A DNA stretch of 64,000 nucleotides from an uncultured Verrucomicrobiae bacterium (GTDB taxonomy: Bacteria; Verrucomicrobiota; Verrucomicrobiia; Limisphaerales; Palsa-1400): contig CAVXRD010000001.1 of NCBI GenBank assembly GCA_963764165.1, positions 576,001-640,000 on the forward strand. Reading direction: 5' to 3'. The notes under the pieces are model-generated. The model was not told where the DNA came from. It saw only the letters and a program-made list of their open reading frames with translations, and searched no databases. Of the stretch, positions 1 through 8,952 are shown piece after piece; within the stretch, counting starts at the first letter, position 1; each line of letters opens with the position of its first letter. A program made the position numbers and the translations under genes.

Positions 1-1
1 A

Positions 2-2119
2 GTGCCGCTGGGTGGCTGGGTTAGCTCAACCCCAGCCGTTGCGACAAATGGCTCTGTGTACGTGGTGGCCGAAAACAACACCACCAACGGGCTTTTTTCC
101 ATCAACCCGCACACGACCAACATAAACTGGATCTTTTATACGGATTGGGGCGTGGAAGAAGGTATCGGTTCGGCTTCGTCCCCCGCCATTGGGCAGGACG
201 GCACAGTTTATTTTACCGCGGCGTATAACGGGGGAGGACGGCTTTACGCTGTTAATCCAAGCGGGGGGCTTTCGTGGTTTTTCCCTTTCCCAGAAGGAGG
301 CGCACCAGCCACATCCCCCGCCATCGACGCCGCCGGTAATATCGTTTTTGGCTCTGGCGATGGCTACGTTTACAACATCAGCCCCACGGGAACATTGCAG
401 TGGCTATTTGACACAGGCTCGGCGCAGACTATCGCCTCATCTCCGGCGATTGGGCCAAACGGCTTAGTCGTGGTGGCGACGGAAGGAAATATGGTTTACG
501 GGATCACGAATGGTGCCCAGGCTTGGGCATATACCGGTGACCAAGCTTTCATCTCGTCGCCTGCTATCGCAGCAGACGGAACTGTGGTTATTGGATGTGC
601 CGATAACACCCTTTATGCAATCACCAATGGGGCCGTGAAATGGTCGTATACGACCGGGGGCTACATATTCTCCTCACCCGCCATCAGCCCGGTTTCGGGA
701 GCAGTAGTGTTCGGTTCGGATGACGGTTATGTGTATTCGCTGTCCGGGGTGCCGGCGCTTGCAGACTCGGCGTGGCCCATGTTTCACAAAGCCCCAAATC
801 ACAGCGGGGCGGCCCCGGCTACGTCGGAAGCGACGGGCGATTACCTTGCCGCGTTCCTCAACAGTCCGCAGATCAACACGAGCGCCTCACCGCCGTATTT
901 TAGTTTCGATGTGAGCGGAACCCCAAACAGCGGATGGGAAATCTATTCCTCGACAAACTTAAGCAACTGGACCTCAATCGGCTCGGTCGTGCTTGATTCC
1001 TATGGCCTGTACTCTGGATTCCAAACCACAAATATTTCGGGCTTGACCAACTGTTATTTTGAGGCGCACGCCGGGGCCTTTTGTTCACCGATTGTGGGTT
1101 TTGCAAATGTCACCATTCCGGCGGGATCGAGTCTGATTGCAAATCCGTTTCAACAGGCGGATGATTCGCAGAACCCGCAAAATTCGGCTGCAGGCTGGTT
1201 CAAATTCTTACAGCAGAACTTAACCAATACTCCCGTTCTGCCGTATGGGTCAATCTTGACCGAATGGAACGGAGTAAATTTTGTCGGTGAAACGAACCTT
1301 GCGACTCAAGTCGGATGGTTTCCGAACGGGGACAACCTAATGGTACCCGGCCGCTCGGCGTTCTTCATAAATCCCACGAATTCGTTCAGCGTTCCTTTTG
1401 CGGGCTGGATGCCGCAGCAAACAATATCAAAATCCATCGTTGCCGGGGAAAATTACGTAAGCTCGCTGGTTGCGATTGCCGGGCATGTACAGACTGACCT
1501 GGGTTACAACCCGAACAGTGGCGACAAAGTGCTTTTGTGGAACGGAACCAACTTTACCACTAATACTTATACATATCCGACCGGCTGGTCGCCCTCTGAA
1601 CCGTACATCAAAATAGGCGAGGGTTTTGTAATCCTTGCCGTGCAGAGCAACATCTGGACAAAAACGCTCTCAACGTGCCCCGATACTTTCGTAGTCCCTG
1701 CAAATCCTCTTTGGACAGATTCAGGGGCCACGGTTGTGAGCAACAACCTCGTTATATTTGTTTCGACCAACACCTGGTCGGGCGAGAACGGGCAGTACTG
1801 GAATGCGAACGGCATTCCAGGCGGGGGAGACGGTACGGATGTATTTCTCACTGACACCATTGCCAATCAGTTCGCCTTAATCGCTTTTGTGGGGCCGAAT
1901 CCCTATTACGATACCAACGGCGTCAATCGCTGGGGTGACAACACCTATTTTCCGCGACCGGCAGGACAAGGCTATTTTCTTGTGGGAACCAATGGACAGT
2001 TTACGAGCGACCGCGCGGGAGAATTATGGTTTGGGATTAATGACGATGCCACTAGCAAAGCCATTGAGGATAATTTTGGTGCGCAATCCGGGCACCTCGT
2101 TATTACGAATGCGCCGTAG
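2..2119 (+). CDS. PQQ-like beta-propeller repeat protein (secreted), 5' end outside the window
   Basis: Repeated SSPAIxxDGxVxxGxxDxxLYA...W blades followed by Asn/Thr-rich extracellular domains; the ORF is open at the window edge. Confidence 0.8.
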   Translation: MPLGGWVSSTPAVATNGSVYVVAENNTTNGLFSINPHTTNINWIFYTDWGVEEGIGSASSPAIGQDGTVYFTAAYNGGGRLYAVNPSGGLSWFFPFPEGGAPATSPAIDAAGNIVFGSGDGYVYNISPTGTLQWLFDTGSAQTIASSPAIGPNGLVVVATEGNMVYGITNGAQAWAYTGDQAFISSPAIAADGTVVIGCADNTLYAITNGAVKWSYTTGGYIFSSPAISPVSGAVVFGSDDGYVYSLSGVPALADSAWPMFHKAPNHSGAAPATSEATGDYLAAFLNSPQINTSASPPYFSFDVSGTPNSGWEIYSSTNLSNWTSIGSVVLDSYGLYSGFQTTNISGLTNCYFEAHAGAFCSPIVGFANVTIPAGSSLIANPFQQADDSQNPQNSAAGWFKFLQQNLTNTPVLPYGSILTEWNGVNFVGETNLATQVGWFPNGDNLMVPGRSAFFINPTNSFSVPFAGWMPQQTISKSIVAGENYVSSLVAIAGHVQTDLGYNPNSGDKVLLWNGTNFTTNTYTYPTGWSPSEPYIKIGEGFVILAVQSNIWTKTLSTCPDTFVVPANPLWTDSGATVVSNNLVIFVSTNTWSGENGQYWNANGIPGGGDGTDVFLTDTIANQFALIAFVGPNPYYDTNGVNRWGDNTYFPRPAGQGYFLVGTNGQFTSDRAGELWFGINDDATSKAIEDNFGAQSGHLVITNAP

Positions 2120-2188
2120 TAAGGCGGTCGCTATTTCTTAAAATTACGGATCAACAGTTCAAAAGATTTAAGGCGTAAACGGTCAGAA

Positions 2189-3139
2189 CTATAATCCTTT
2201 TGCGCAGCGGAAGCCAAACCAGCCGCACTCGCCTTCGGGACCGGCGCAAGTGCGAGCTGCGCACCGCGCGGCATCGGCGTTGTTGCCCCAACCGCCGCCG
2301 CGTCTGACGCGTCCGAACTGGGGATTTAGCGCTCCGTGCGGATCGGTGCCTCCCAAATAAGGGCTGCCTTTCCCATACGGCGGCGGCGTAAGCCAATCCC
2401 AACACCACTCGGTAACATTCCCGGCCATGTCATAAAGCCCATAACCATTCGGCGCAAACGACCCCACCGGACTTGTATGGGGATTAAAATTCGACTGAGG
2501 CCCTTTCGTATACTTTGGGTCGAGGCCCCCGGGTCCCACGTCGTAGTTACTGAAGCCGCTGGGGTCCGATACGTAGTTAGCCTGTTTTCGCGAAATCTTG
2601 TCGCCCCACGGAAACCGCTTGCCGACCAAGCCGCCCCGTGCCGACTTTTCCCACTCCGCTTCGGTAGGCAACCTATACCCATTGGCCTCCCACTTCACAA
2701 ATGGCTTCCGCACTTCCCCATTCGTGTAAACCTTAGTCAAACCCGCGTCCGTGTAATATACCGGAACCAGACCTGCCTGTTGCGACCGCGCATTGCACCA
2801 CTTCACAGCGTCGAACCAATTAATTCTGCACACCGGATCTTTTGCCGTCTTGCCCAGACCGGCATTCACGAAACCGTATCCGTGGTTCGTCGCCCAATTA
2901 TAGACGGCCTGCCATTGACTGTAGCACACCAAGTTCACGTCCATGTAAAATGCCGACACGTTCACGCTAACGGGGATGGTGCGTGCTTCGTGATCCACAG
3001 TGTCTCCCATTGTAAATGTTCCCGCCGGAATTAGCGCCATGCCAGCGGGAACAACACCGGAAGCCGGTTGGGCTGAAGCGCGATGAACGACGGCAGTTAG
3101 CGCAAGCGCGATTAAGACATTGCATAATTTTGTTTTCAT
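2189..3139 (-). CDS. Formylglycine-generating-enzyme (FGE-sulfatase/SUMF1) domain protein with signal peptide
   Basis: Motifs IPAGTFTMG, YRLPTEAEWE, NGYGLYDMAGNVTEWCWD, RGGGW, GFRC; start taken at MKTKLCN. Confidence 0.88.
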   Translation of the reverse strand: MKTKLCNVLIALALTAVVHRASAQPASGVVPAGMALIPAGTFTMGDTVDHEARTIPVSVNVSAFYMDVNLVCYSQWQAVYNWATNHGYGFVNAGLGKTAKDPVCRINWFDAVKWCNARSQQAGLVPVYYTDAGLTKVYTNGEVRKPFVKWEANGYRLPTEAEWEKSARGGLVGKRFPWGDKISRKQANYVSDPSGFSNYDVGPGGLDPKYTKGPQSNFNPHTSPVGSFAPNGYGLYDMAGNVTEWCWDWLTPPPYGKGSPYLGGTDPHGALNPQFGRVRRGGGWGNNADAARCAARTCAGPEGECGWFGFRCAKGL

Positions 3140-3205
3140 AATTTTGGTAAAAACCGATTCTTTCCACATCATGATTTGTCCCGTACGAATTTAATGACAA
3201 TCCGC

Positions 3206-4060
3206 TCAAGCCGGGTTATTCGGCTCATCCTTCGCCATATTGTCCGGTGGTGCCAGCGCAGCAGGCTTCTCTGGCGCAGGCGTCAGGTTCACTTGCACAA
3301 ACGGCTTTACTGGCTGCGGCTCTTTTGAAAGCCGTTCCGCCTCTTTGATGGCTGCACGGCGAATTTCGATCTGCCTGTGGATATCAAAAGCGACGCCGGT
3401 TGGTATGCCTGCTGTGTCCTGCAAGGTGCGCTCCTGCTGGGCTGGCTGCGACCCCGCAAAATGCTCGACTGTTTCACTCTGCACCTCGGCGGCGACCAGC
3501 CCGTCCAGAATATCAAGATCGCGGTCAAGCTGCTTCTCGTAAAGCGTCTGCTCGAAAATGAAAAGACAGAGCGCAGAGAATGCGAACCATCGCGCCAGAT
3601 ACATCGAAACGAACGAGCCAAAAAACATGGCAAAGATGAACACGGCAATGGGATCAAGAAAGCGGTAGATTCGGCGATGGGATTTCAGGATCGCGGGCAG
3701 CGGCAGGAGTTCCAGGTAAGACACGCCGGTTGAAAGCGTGTGCCAGCGTTCGCCCCGGCAAAGCTCCTTCCAGCGCAGGTAACGCTGGGAGAAGCCTGCT
3801 ATCATCAAAACCATCGGGAATTCCGTGAAGACAACCCCGGTCGATTTGACCAGCGGCAACATATTTACCATGTCATCGACGACCGAAAGAAAAAACGCCA
3901 TGCCAATGATGCGTGTTGGTTTGAGCATTCGGAAGCCGACTTTGCGTCGCATGAACACCATGATGGTGAGCGCCGGAAAAATCGCCAGATACTGGACGAT
4001 TTTCATTTTGTCGGCGATGGTGAGGTCTTCGTTGCGTTGGGATTGGGTTTGGGAGGGCAT
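3206..4060 (-). CDS. Hypothetical membrane protein
   Basis: 284 aa ORF with about four hydrophobic segments, directly downstream of the coupling-protein remnant. Confidence 0.65.
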   Translation of the reverse strand: MPSQTQSQRNEDLTIADKMKIVQYLAIFPALTIMVFMRRKVGFRMLKPTRIIGMAFFLSVVDDMVNMLPLVKSTGVVFTEFPMVLMIAGFSQRYLRWKELCRGERWHTLSTGVSYLELLPLPAILKSHRRIYRFLDPIAVFIFAMFFGSFVSMYLARWFAFSALCLFIFEQTLYEKQLDRDLDILDGLVAAEVQSETVEHFAGSQPAQQERTLQDTAGIPTGVAFDIHRQIEIRRAAIKEAERLSKEPQPVKPFVQVNLTPAPEKPAALAPPDNMAKDEPNNPA

Positions 4061-4067
4061 GGTTTAT

Positions 4068-4290
4068 TTACTTTTGGTTAAACGTGATGAGTTTATAGGG
4101 GAGCATTTCTTCCTTACCTGGGCTGCCTGTCGGAAACTGGTGGCCGCCATTGTAGACAATGGCCTGCACCTGAAATTTATGCGCTGCGCCTCCGCGTTTC
4201 AAAGTCGTGAACCGGGCCGGTTCGACAAAATACCGCCTTTGCTCACTGCGCGTAACGCCGGATGACTGGTTGCTTCCCTGCGGGTTGCTA
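4068..4290 (-). pseudogene. C-terminal remnant resembling a type IV coupling (TraD/VirD4-like) protein
   Basis: SEQRRYFVEPARFTTLKRGG...QAIVYNGG resembles coupling-protein C-termini from memory; no ATPase domain upstream. Confidence 0.4.
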
Positions 4291-4449
4291 GGGCAAGAGG
4301 GAGTGACGATGACCAAGCCGATCTATGGAGTTTACCACGGCAGATTTATTGAAATGCTGTTGACGCATTTTGATGACTCTTTCGCTTCTGTGGCGGCTAC
4401 TGCCCAGAAAGAAACCGCTGTCGACAGTTTTAAAGCTCGTGGGGACTGA
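4285..4449 (+). pseudogene. C-terminal remnant of a hypothetical protein
   Basis: Protein-like stretch MTKPIYGVYHGRFIEMLLTHFDD lacking a credible 5' part, back-to-back with the previous remnant. Confidence 0.35.
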
Positions 4450-4510
4450 CGGCTGAAACCATTTTCCTAGATCGGATTTTCACGGTTCGTCAGGATTCTA
4501 TGAAAGAAAA

Positions 4511-4909
4511 ATGGCAACGGAAATGATGGCAGCCCTCATCCACTGGCGCATTAAGCCAGATGAGAGCAGTAACGCAGCATTCCTTAAACACTGGAAGGCA
4601 AACAATGCAATTGGTGATCGAAGTGGCCTTATTGCAGAGTTCCTGAGCGACTCCCTTCCAATAGCTGATTTTCCGTATATCACTTGGCATTTGGACGGCG
4701 AATCTCTAGGGGATTTCAAATCGTATGTCACCATAGGTCTTTGGGCAGATGCCGAGGATTTTAAGGATGAAATTGCAAAATACTTTAACGATGGTAAGCC
4801 AATGCTCAAGTTTGAGAAATATCGGCGACGGCGCGTCGTGTTCAAGCCAATAGGGTGGAGAATTGGAAAGACATCGTTACCCAAAGGCGACTCCACGGGT
4901 GTAAAATAG
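4511..4909 (+). CDS. Hypothetical protein (possible ABM-like alpha/beta fold)
   Basis: 132 aa ORF with ATG, lower GC than the flanks. Confidence 0.6.
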   Translation: MATEMMAALIHWRIKPDESSNAAFLKHWKANNAIGDRSGLIAEFLSDSLPIADFPYITWHLDGESLGDFKSYVTIGLWADAEDFKDEIAKYFNDGKPMLKFEKYRRRRVVFKPIGWRIGKTSLPKGDSTGVK

Positions 4910-4989
4910 TCGGCGGAGAGTCTCAATTTATTGAGGTCGGCAAATCCGGGATACGTCAGTTAATTCGCTCGATCTTGTGCGATAAACAA

Positions 4990-5295
4990 GGGGTATAATT
5001 GGGGGTATATCCGTTCTCAAAGTTTAAAAATATCGTGGCATTTCAGTTTGATATACCGTTTTCGTGGTTACCGTAGGGGTCACCAAAACTTAATAAATTC
5101 TTGGTGATTGGAAGGTGCAAATAGGGCCAGCATCGTCCCAAAAGCGGCGTCAAAATTCTGTGTCACAGCCAATCTTGCGAATATCGGTCGGGTGTGTTTT
5201 CTCCAGTTTCATCCAAATTGCAATTATTGACAATCGGCCCGATTTTGGGGTATAATTTCTGTGTTTATACCCCACCGCAGGAGATTTATACCCCT
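4990..5295 (+). mobile_element. att site: tRNA-Glu-like 3' core CCGTAGGGGTCACCA (5071-5085) with GGGGTATA/TATACCCC arm-type repeats on both sides
   Basis: The core ends in CCA and resembles a tRNA-Glu 3' end; GGGGTATA at ~4990, ~5002 and ~5247, TATACCCC at ~5266 and ~5288, immediately upstream of a P4-like integrase. Confidence 0.7.
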
Positions 5296-5296
5296 T

Positions 5297-6505
5297 ATGG
5301 CTCTCTCGGACGCAAAGGTGCGCAATGCCAAGGTCGGCCCCAAAAACTACAAGATCGCCGATGGCGAAGGGCTGTTCCTGCTCGTCCATACGAACGGCGG
5401 CAAATACTGGCGGATGAAGTATGTCTTTGCGGGCCGCGAAAAGACGCTCTCCCTTGGCGTTTACCCGGATGTGGGTTTGGGAGACGCCCGCGATAAGCGG
5501 GCCGCCGCCCGAAAGGCTCTTGCCGCTGGAATAGATCCTGGCGTGGCAAAGAAGGAAGCCAAGCGCGAAACCGTCTTAAAGGCGGCGAACTCGTTTGAAA
5601 CCGTGGCCCGCGAGTGGCTTGAAAAACAAAAGGGGCGATGGTCGGACGTCACGCAGACGATTCATCTCAACCGGTTGACAGCACACGCATTTCCGACGCT
5701 GGGGAGCCGCCCCATTGCAGACCTCAAAGCCAGCGAAGTGTTGACGATGCTGCGCGGTATCGAAACCCGGCAAACCTTGGAAACGGCGCACCGGGTCAAA
5801 CAGGATTGCAGCAAGATATTTAATTATGCCATCGCCACGACTCGGGCCGAGCACAATCCAGTGCCCACTTTGGAGGGAGCTTTGGCTGTGCCGGTCACTC
5901 AACACCACAAATACCTGAAAGAGGACGGGCTGCCGGACTTTTTCCAGCGGCTGGAAGCCGGTGATTTGGACGACCTGACCAAGCTGGCATTGCGCCTGAT
6001 TGTGCTGACTTTCGTGCGCAGCATCGAATTGCGCGGTGCCAAGTGGTCTGAATTTGACCTGGGTAAAGCCGCGCAATGGGTGATTCCGGCGGAACGCATG
6101 AAGATGAAAGAGGCGCATATTGTTCCTTTGGCGAGCCAGGCAGTCGCCATACTGCACGAATTGAAGGAATTGACCGGGGACGGGGCGTATGTGTTCCCCA
6201 ACCAGCACAACCCCGAATCCTTCATGAGCGACAATACTCTAATTTACGCCCTTTATCGCCTCGGCTACCGCTCACGGATAACCGTCCACGGTTTCCGTTC
6301 CACGGCGTCAACGATTCTCAATGAGAACGGCTTTATGCCGGATGTGATTGAAAGGCAACTCGCGCACAGCGAGCGCAACGAGGTGCGGGCCGCTTACAAT
6401 CACGCGCAATACCTGCCGGAGCGGCGCAAGATGATGCAGTGGTGGGCGGATTACCTTGACAAGGTTGCGGGCAAGAAAAAAGCGACGTGGCGGAGCAGGT
6501 CGTAG
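5297..6505 (+). CDS. P4-like tyrosine integrase with N-terminal arm-binding domain
   Basis: DGEGLFLLV...GGKYWRMKY arm domain; catalytic R (TFVRSIE), HGFR, LAH and Y (RAAYNHA). Confidence 0.95.
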   Translation: MALSDAKVRNAKVGPKNYKIADGEGLFLLVHTNGGKYWRMKYVFAGREKTLSLGVYPDVGLGDARDKRAAARKALAAGIDPGVAKKEAKRETVLKAANSFETVAREWLEKQKGRWSDVTQTIHLNRLTAHAFPTLGSRPIADLKASEVLTMLRGIETRQTLETAHRVKQDCSKIFNYAIATTRAEHNPVPTLEGALAVPVTQHHKYLKEDGLPDFFQRLEAGDLDDLTKLALRLIVLTFVRSIELRGAKWSEFDLGKAAQWVIPAERMKMKEAHIVPLASQAVAILHELKELTGDGAYVFPNQHNPESFMSDNTLIYALYRLGYRSRITVHGFRSTASTILNENGFMPDVIERQLAHSERNEVRAAYNHAQYLPERRKMMQWWADYLDKVAGKKKATWRSRS

Positions 6506-6746
6506 CGGCTTCATTCACTGCCAGGATTCTTCCATTCTTTGCTCGGGCGGCTTATTGGCCATGACCGTGACTAAGTCGTGGCTGGTGGCGTCCGTTCTTA
6601 AAAGGCGTGTCGCTTCCGCGCTGGCGCTTGTGCAGCTTCGCCCGCTGTTGCGGCGCTGGCGCGGCCTTTCCGAGCGGCTCTTGACCACCAGCCCTTTCCT
6701 CGTCACGTCTGGCCAATGAAGGCCGACGATTACGAAAGGAAGAACC

Positions 6747-6848
6747 ATGACCGTATTTGAATTCGCTCTCCTGCTGAACGCCACAGCTAATCTTGCATCC
6801 GCACTCCTAAAGGCAATCGACCTCTACCGCGAGGGCCGCCGCCGATGA
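6747..6848 (+). CDS. Small 33 aa hydrophobic/basic peptide MTVFEFALLLNATANLASALLKAIDLYREGRRR
   Basis: AAAGGAAG Shine-Dalgarno ahead of the ATG; the stop codon lies in a terminator hairpin; absent from the supplied ORF track. Confidence 0.5.
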   Translation: MTVFEFALLLNATANLASALLKAIDLYREGRRR

Positions 6849-6860
6849 GGCGGCGGTTTT
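6836..6860 (+). terminator. Intrinsic terminator
   Basis: CCGCCGCC-GATGA-GGCGGCGG-TTTT. Confidence 0.65.
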
Positions 6861-6871
6861 CGAGATGGCGG

Positions 6872-7633
6872 TTAGATGCGTGGCTTCTGAAACACCATGC
6901 ACACATCGTGCAGGCCGGGAATGAAGCTGCTGCGGTAGACCTTCTTGCTGCTCGATGCCCCGTGACTGAACCGGATAATGTCGGTGCAGCATTGGCGAAG
7001 GCCGGCAGCGAAAGCGAGTTGCTTCGTGTGATAGGTGAGTGAAACGAATCCGGCCTCACGGTCGCAGTAGTCTCCCATGAGGATTGCGAATTTCCCACCT
7101 GGTGCCAGAACTGCCATGCAGTTGGAGATGAATACTGCGTAGCGTTCAAGGAATACCGCCAGTGTCGGCGTGCGCGATAGGTCGCCCGGATTGTTGGTGT
7201 AAAGCTTCTGCCGCCAGTAGGGCGGATGCGCCCATACGAAGTCGAATGTTGCGCATTCCGGCAGACTGCGGAAGCAATCGGCGTCGGTGGCGTCAAACCC
7301 GTTGCGGATGTCACGCGACAGGCACGGCGTGCCAAGCTCGCGGCATACGTCCGCGCATGTTCCGCTGCCAGTCATCGGGTCAAATACGCTTTGCGCTCCG
7401 AAAAACACGAGCAAGTCACGGATGAGCTTGCCACCGCAATTACCTGGGTATTTGCGGTCGCCATATTCCCCGGCACGGTGAAAATGATAAAGGCTCGTTA
7501 GGTGCGGCACGGGACTGGCGTTCACGGGTGCCAGCGGCAACCGGGCATAAACCGGCGTGGCGCGTGGTGAAACTGCAACGTCACGTTGTTGCGCCGCGTA
7601 ATCCGAAGTGGTTGACTGAATGAAATTGATCAT
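6872..7633 (-). CDS. Orphan amino (N4/N6) DNA methyltransferase
   Basis: SAM-binding motif FDPMTGSGT followed by catalytic HPPY; no restriction endonuclease nearby. Confidence 0.85.
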   Translation of the reverse strand: MINFIQSTTSDYAAQQRDVAVSPRATPVYARLPLAPVNASPVPHLTSLYHFHRAGEYGDRKYPGNCGGKLIRDLLVFFGAQSVFDPMTGSGTCADVCRELGTPCLSRDIRNGFDATDADCFRSLPECATFDFVWAHPPYWRQKLYTNNPGDLSRTPTLAVFLERYAVFISNCMAVLAPGGKFAILMGDYCDREAGFVSLTYHTKQLAFAAGLRQCCTDIIRFSHGASSSKKVYRSSFIPGLHDVCMVFQKPRI

Positions 7634-7860
7634 GGCTGAACTCCATCGGTATAGGTGCATCCAGTGATGTGGGCATAGATTTCTTCGGCATGTTCACGGC
7701 TCTTGAAGTCGCCGATGCAGGACAGGCCCTCGCTGGGGATGTGACCGAAGAGACTCCAGAAATCGGCGTCGTCATCGGCTACCTGCTCGCACCATCTATC
7801 GCCAGAGGTTGCGAATTCCTTGACGCCGTGGATTTCGTAGCCGTCGAAGCGGGTGGCGCA
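7630..7860 (-). pseudogene. 5'-truncated hypothetical protein
   Basis: Protein-like RFDGYEIHGV...FWSLFGHIP...CIGDF; its stop overlaps the methyltransferase ATG; the 5' part is replaced by integrase sequence. Confidence 0.5.
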
Positions 7861-8569
7861 ATACCGTTTCCAGTTTCTGACTGATTGAGAACTGCGCCCG
7901 TGCGCCGGTCTTTTGTCGAAAATACGTGATCGTCCGGCTGTTCCAATCCACATCCTCGGCGGTCATGTTCGCGGCGTCGGCCTGCGCCGCGCCTGTCTCC
8001 CACAAAAGTTCCAAATACAGCTTCCACTCCGTTTTATCTTCGTGTGCAATGATGCGCTGTTGTTCGTCAGACGTGAGGCCGCGCCGGTCTTTGGCGTGAT
8101 ATTTCGGCCAGAGATAAGGAGCCACTACCGGAAGCGCAATCCAGCCCATGCTCAAGGCGAAGTTGTGCAGCCGTTTCAAAAAGCGGACGATGGACACTTT
8201 GCCGTCTTTGAGCGCGGCAATGAAATCGTCGGCGGTGGTTTCCAGCAATTTCTTTCGGCGCAAGGCATCATAAGACGGTGATTTGAACACGCTCGCGTAA
8301 CGGTCTTTGCTGCTGTCCTTGCCTCGGCTTTGCAACTGATCCATGACGGTCTGCCATGTGCGCTCCACATAGGCGGGATCACTGGCCGTGAGATAAGCGC
8401 GGGCAAGGTGCAGATTGAGCGTTGGTTGCTGCTGCGCCTCATTGCGGGCATTCAGAAGCCTTCGGGCTTCGGATTCGTCTTTGGTGCGCAAGCTGGTCTG
8501 TTTGCCGGTTACGCTGTCCTGCGCGTAATACATTTCTCCGCGCCGGAACATGGTGTATTTTGTTTTCAT
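7796..8569 (-). pseudogene. C-terminally truncated tyrosine recombinase/integrase
   Basis: N-terminal QTSLRTKDESEARRLL, core LLWETGA...EDVDW...YFRQKTG; ends before the HxxR, H/W and Tyr motifs. Confidence 0.75.
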
Positions 8570-8765
8570 AACTGGACACCCTGATTTTCGATATACCAGT
8601 CCTGCACGCGCCGCGTTTGTGAACGCCAGCGGTGGCAGAGTTTCAGCGAGTTTTGAACAGTGGCGGCGAATTGTTCTGGCAATCGCCGATTTACTGTCCG
8701 TTTCGCTGACAGTGGCCGTTGATCCGTTCAAGAAACCGCTAATTGGCAACGGTTTACATATCTTG

Positions 8766-8894
8766 AACACAGATCAACACAGATTTTTAAGAACGAACGT
8801 CAGTCGCATTATTTTGCGGCGGCGTTTCCATTTGGTCTTTTTGTTCATTGGCTTCACCGGTTTTATCTGTGTTGATCTGTGCAAATCTGTGGCC
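8766..8894. repeat. REP-like inverted pair, ACAGAT family (10 nt period)
   Basis: AACACAGATCAACACAGAT (8766-8784) versus ATCTGTGTTGATCTGTGCAAATCTGTGGCC (8865-8894). Confidence 0.8.
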
Positions 8895-8952
8895 AAGCTT
8901 TCCGCAGCAGAGCGGGCTTGAACTGTGTGTTTGGCAGGATACAGTGGCGGCG

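Noticed and set aside
2189..2330. FGE-domain C-terminus as a diversity-generating retroelement target
   Set aside because: No template repeat or reverse transcriptase is visible in the window
5010..5085. Complete tRNA gene
   Set aside because: Only the last 15 nt match; the upstream sequence has no T-loop or cloverleaf
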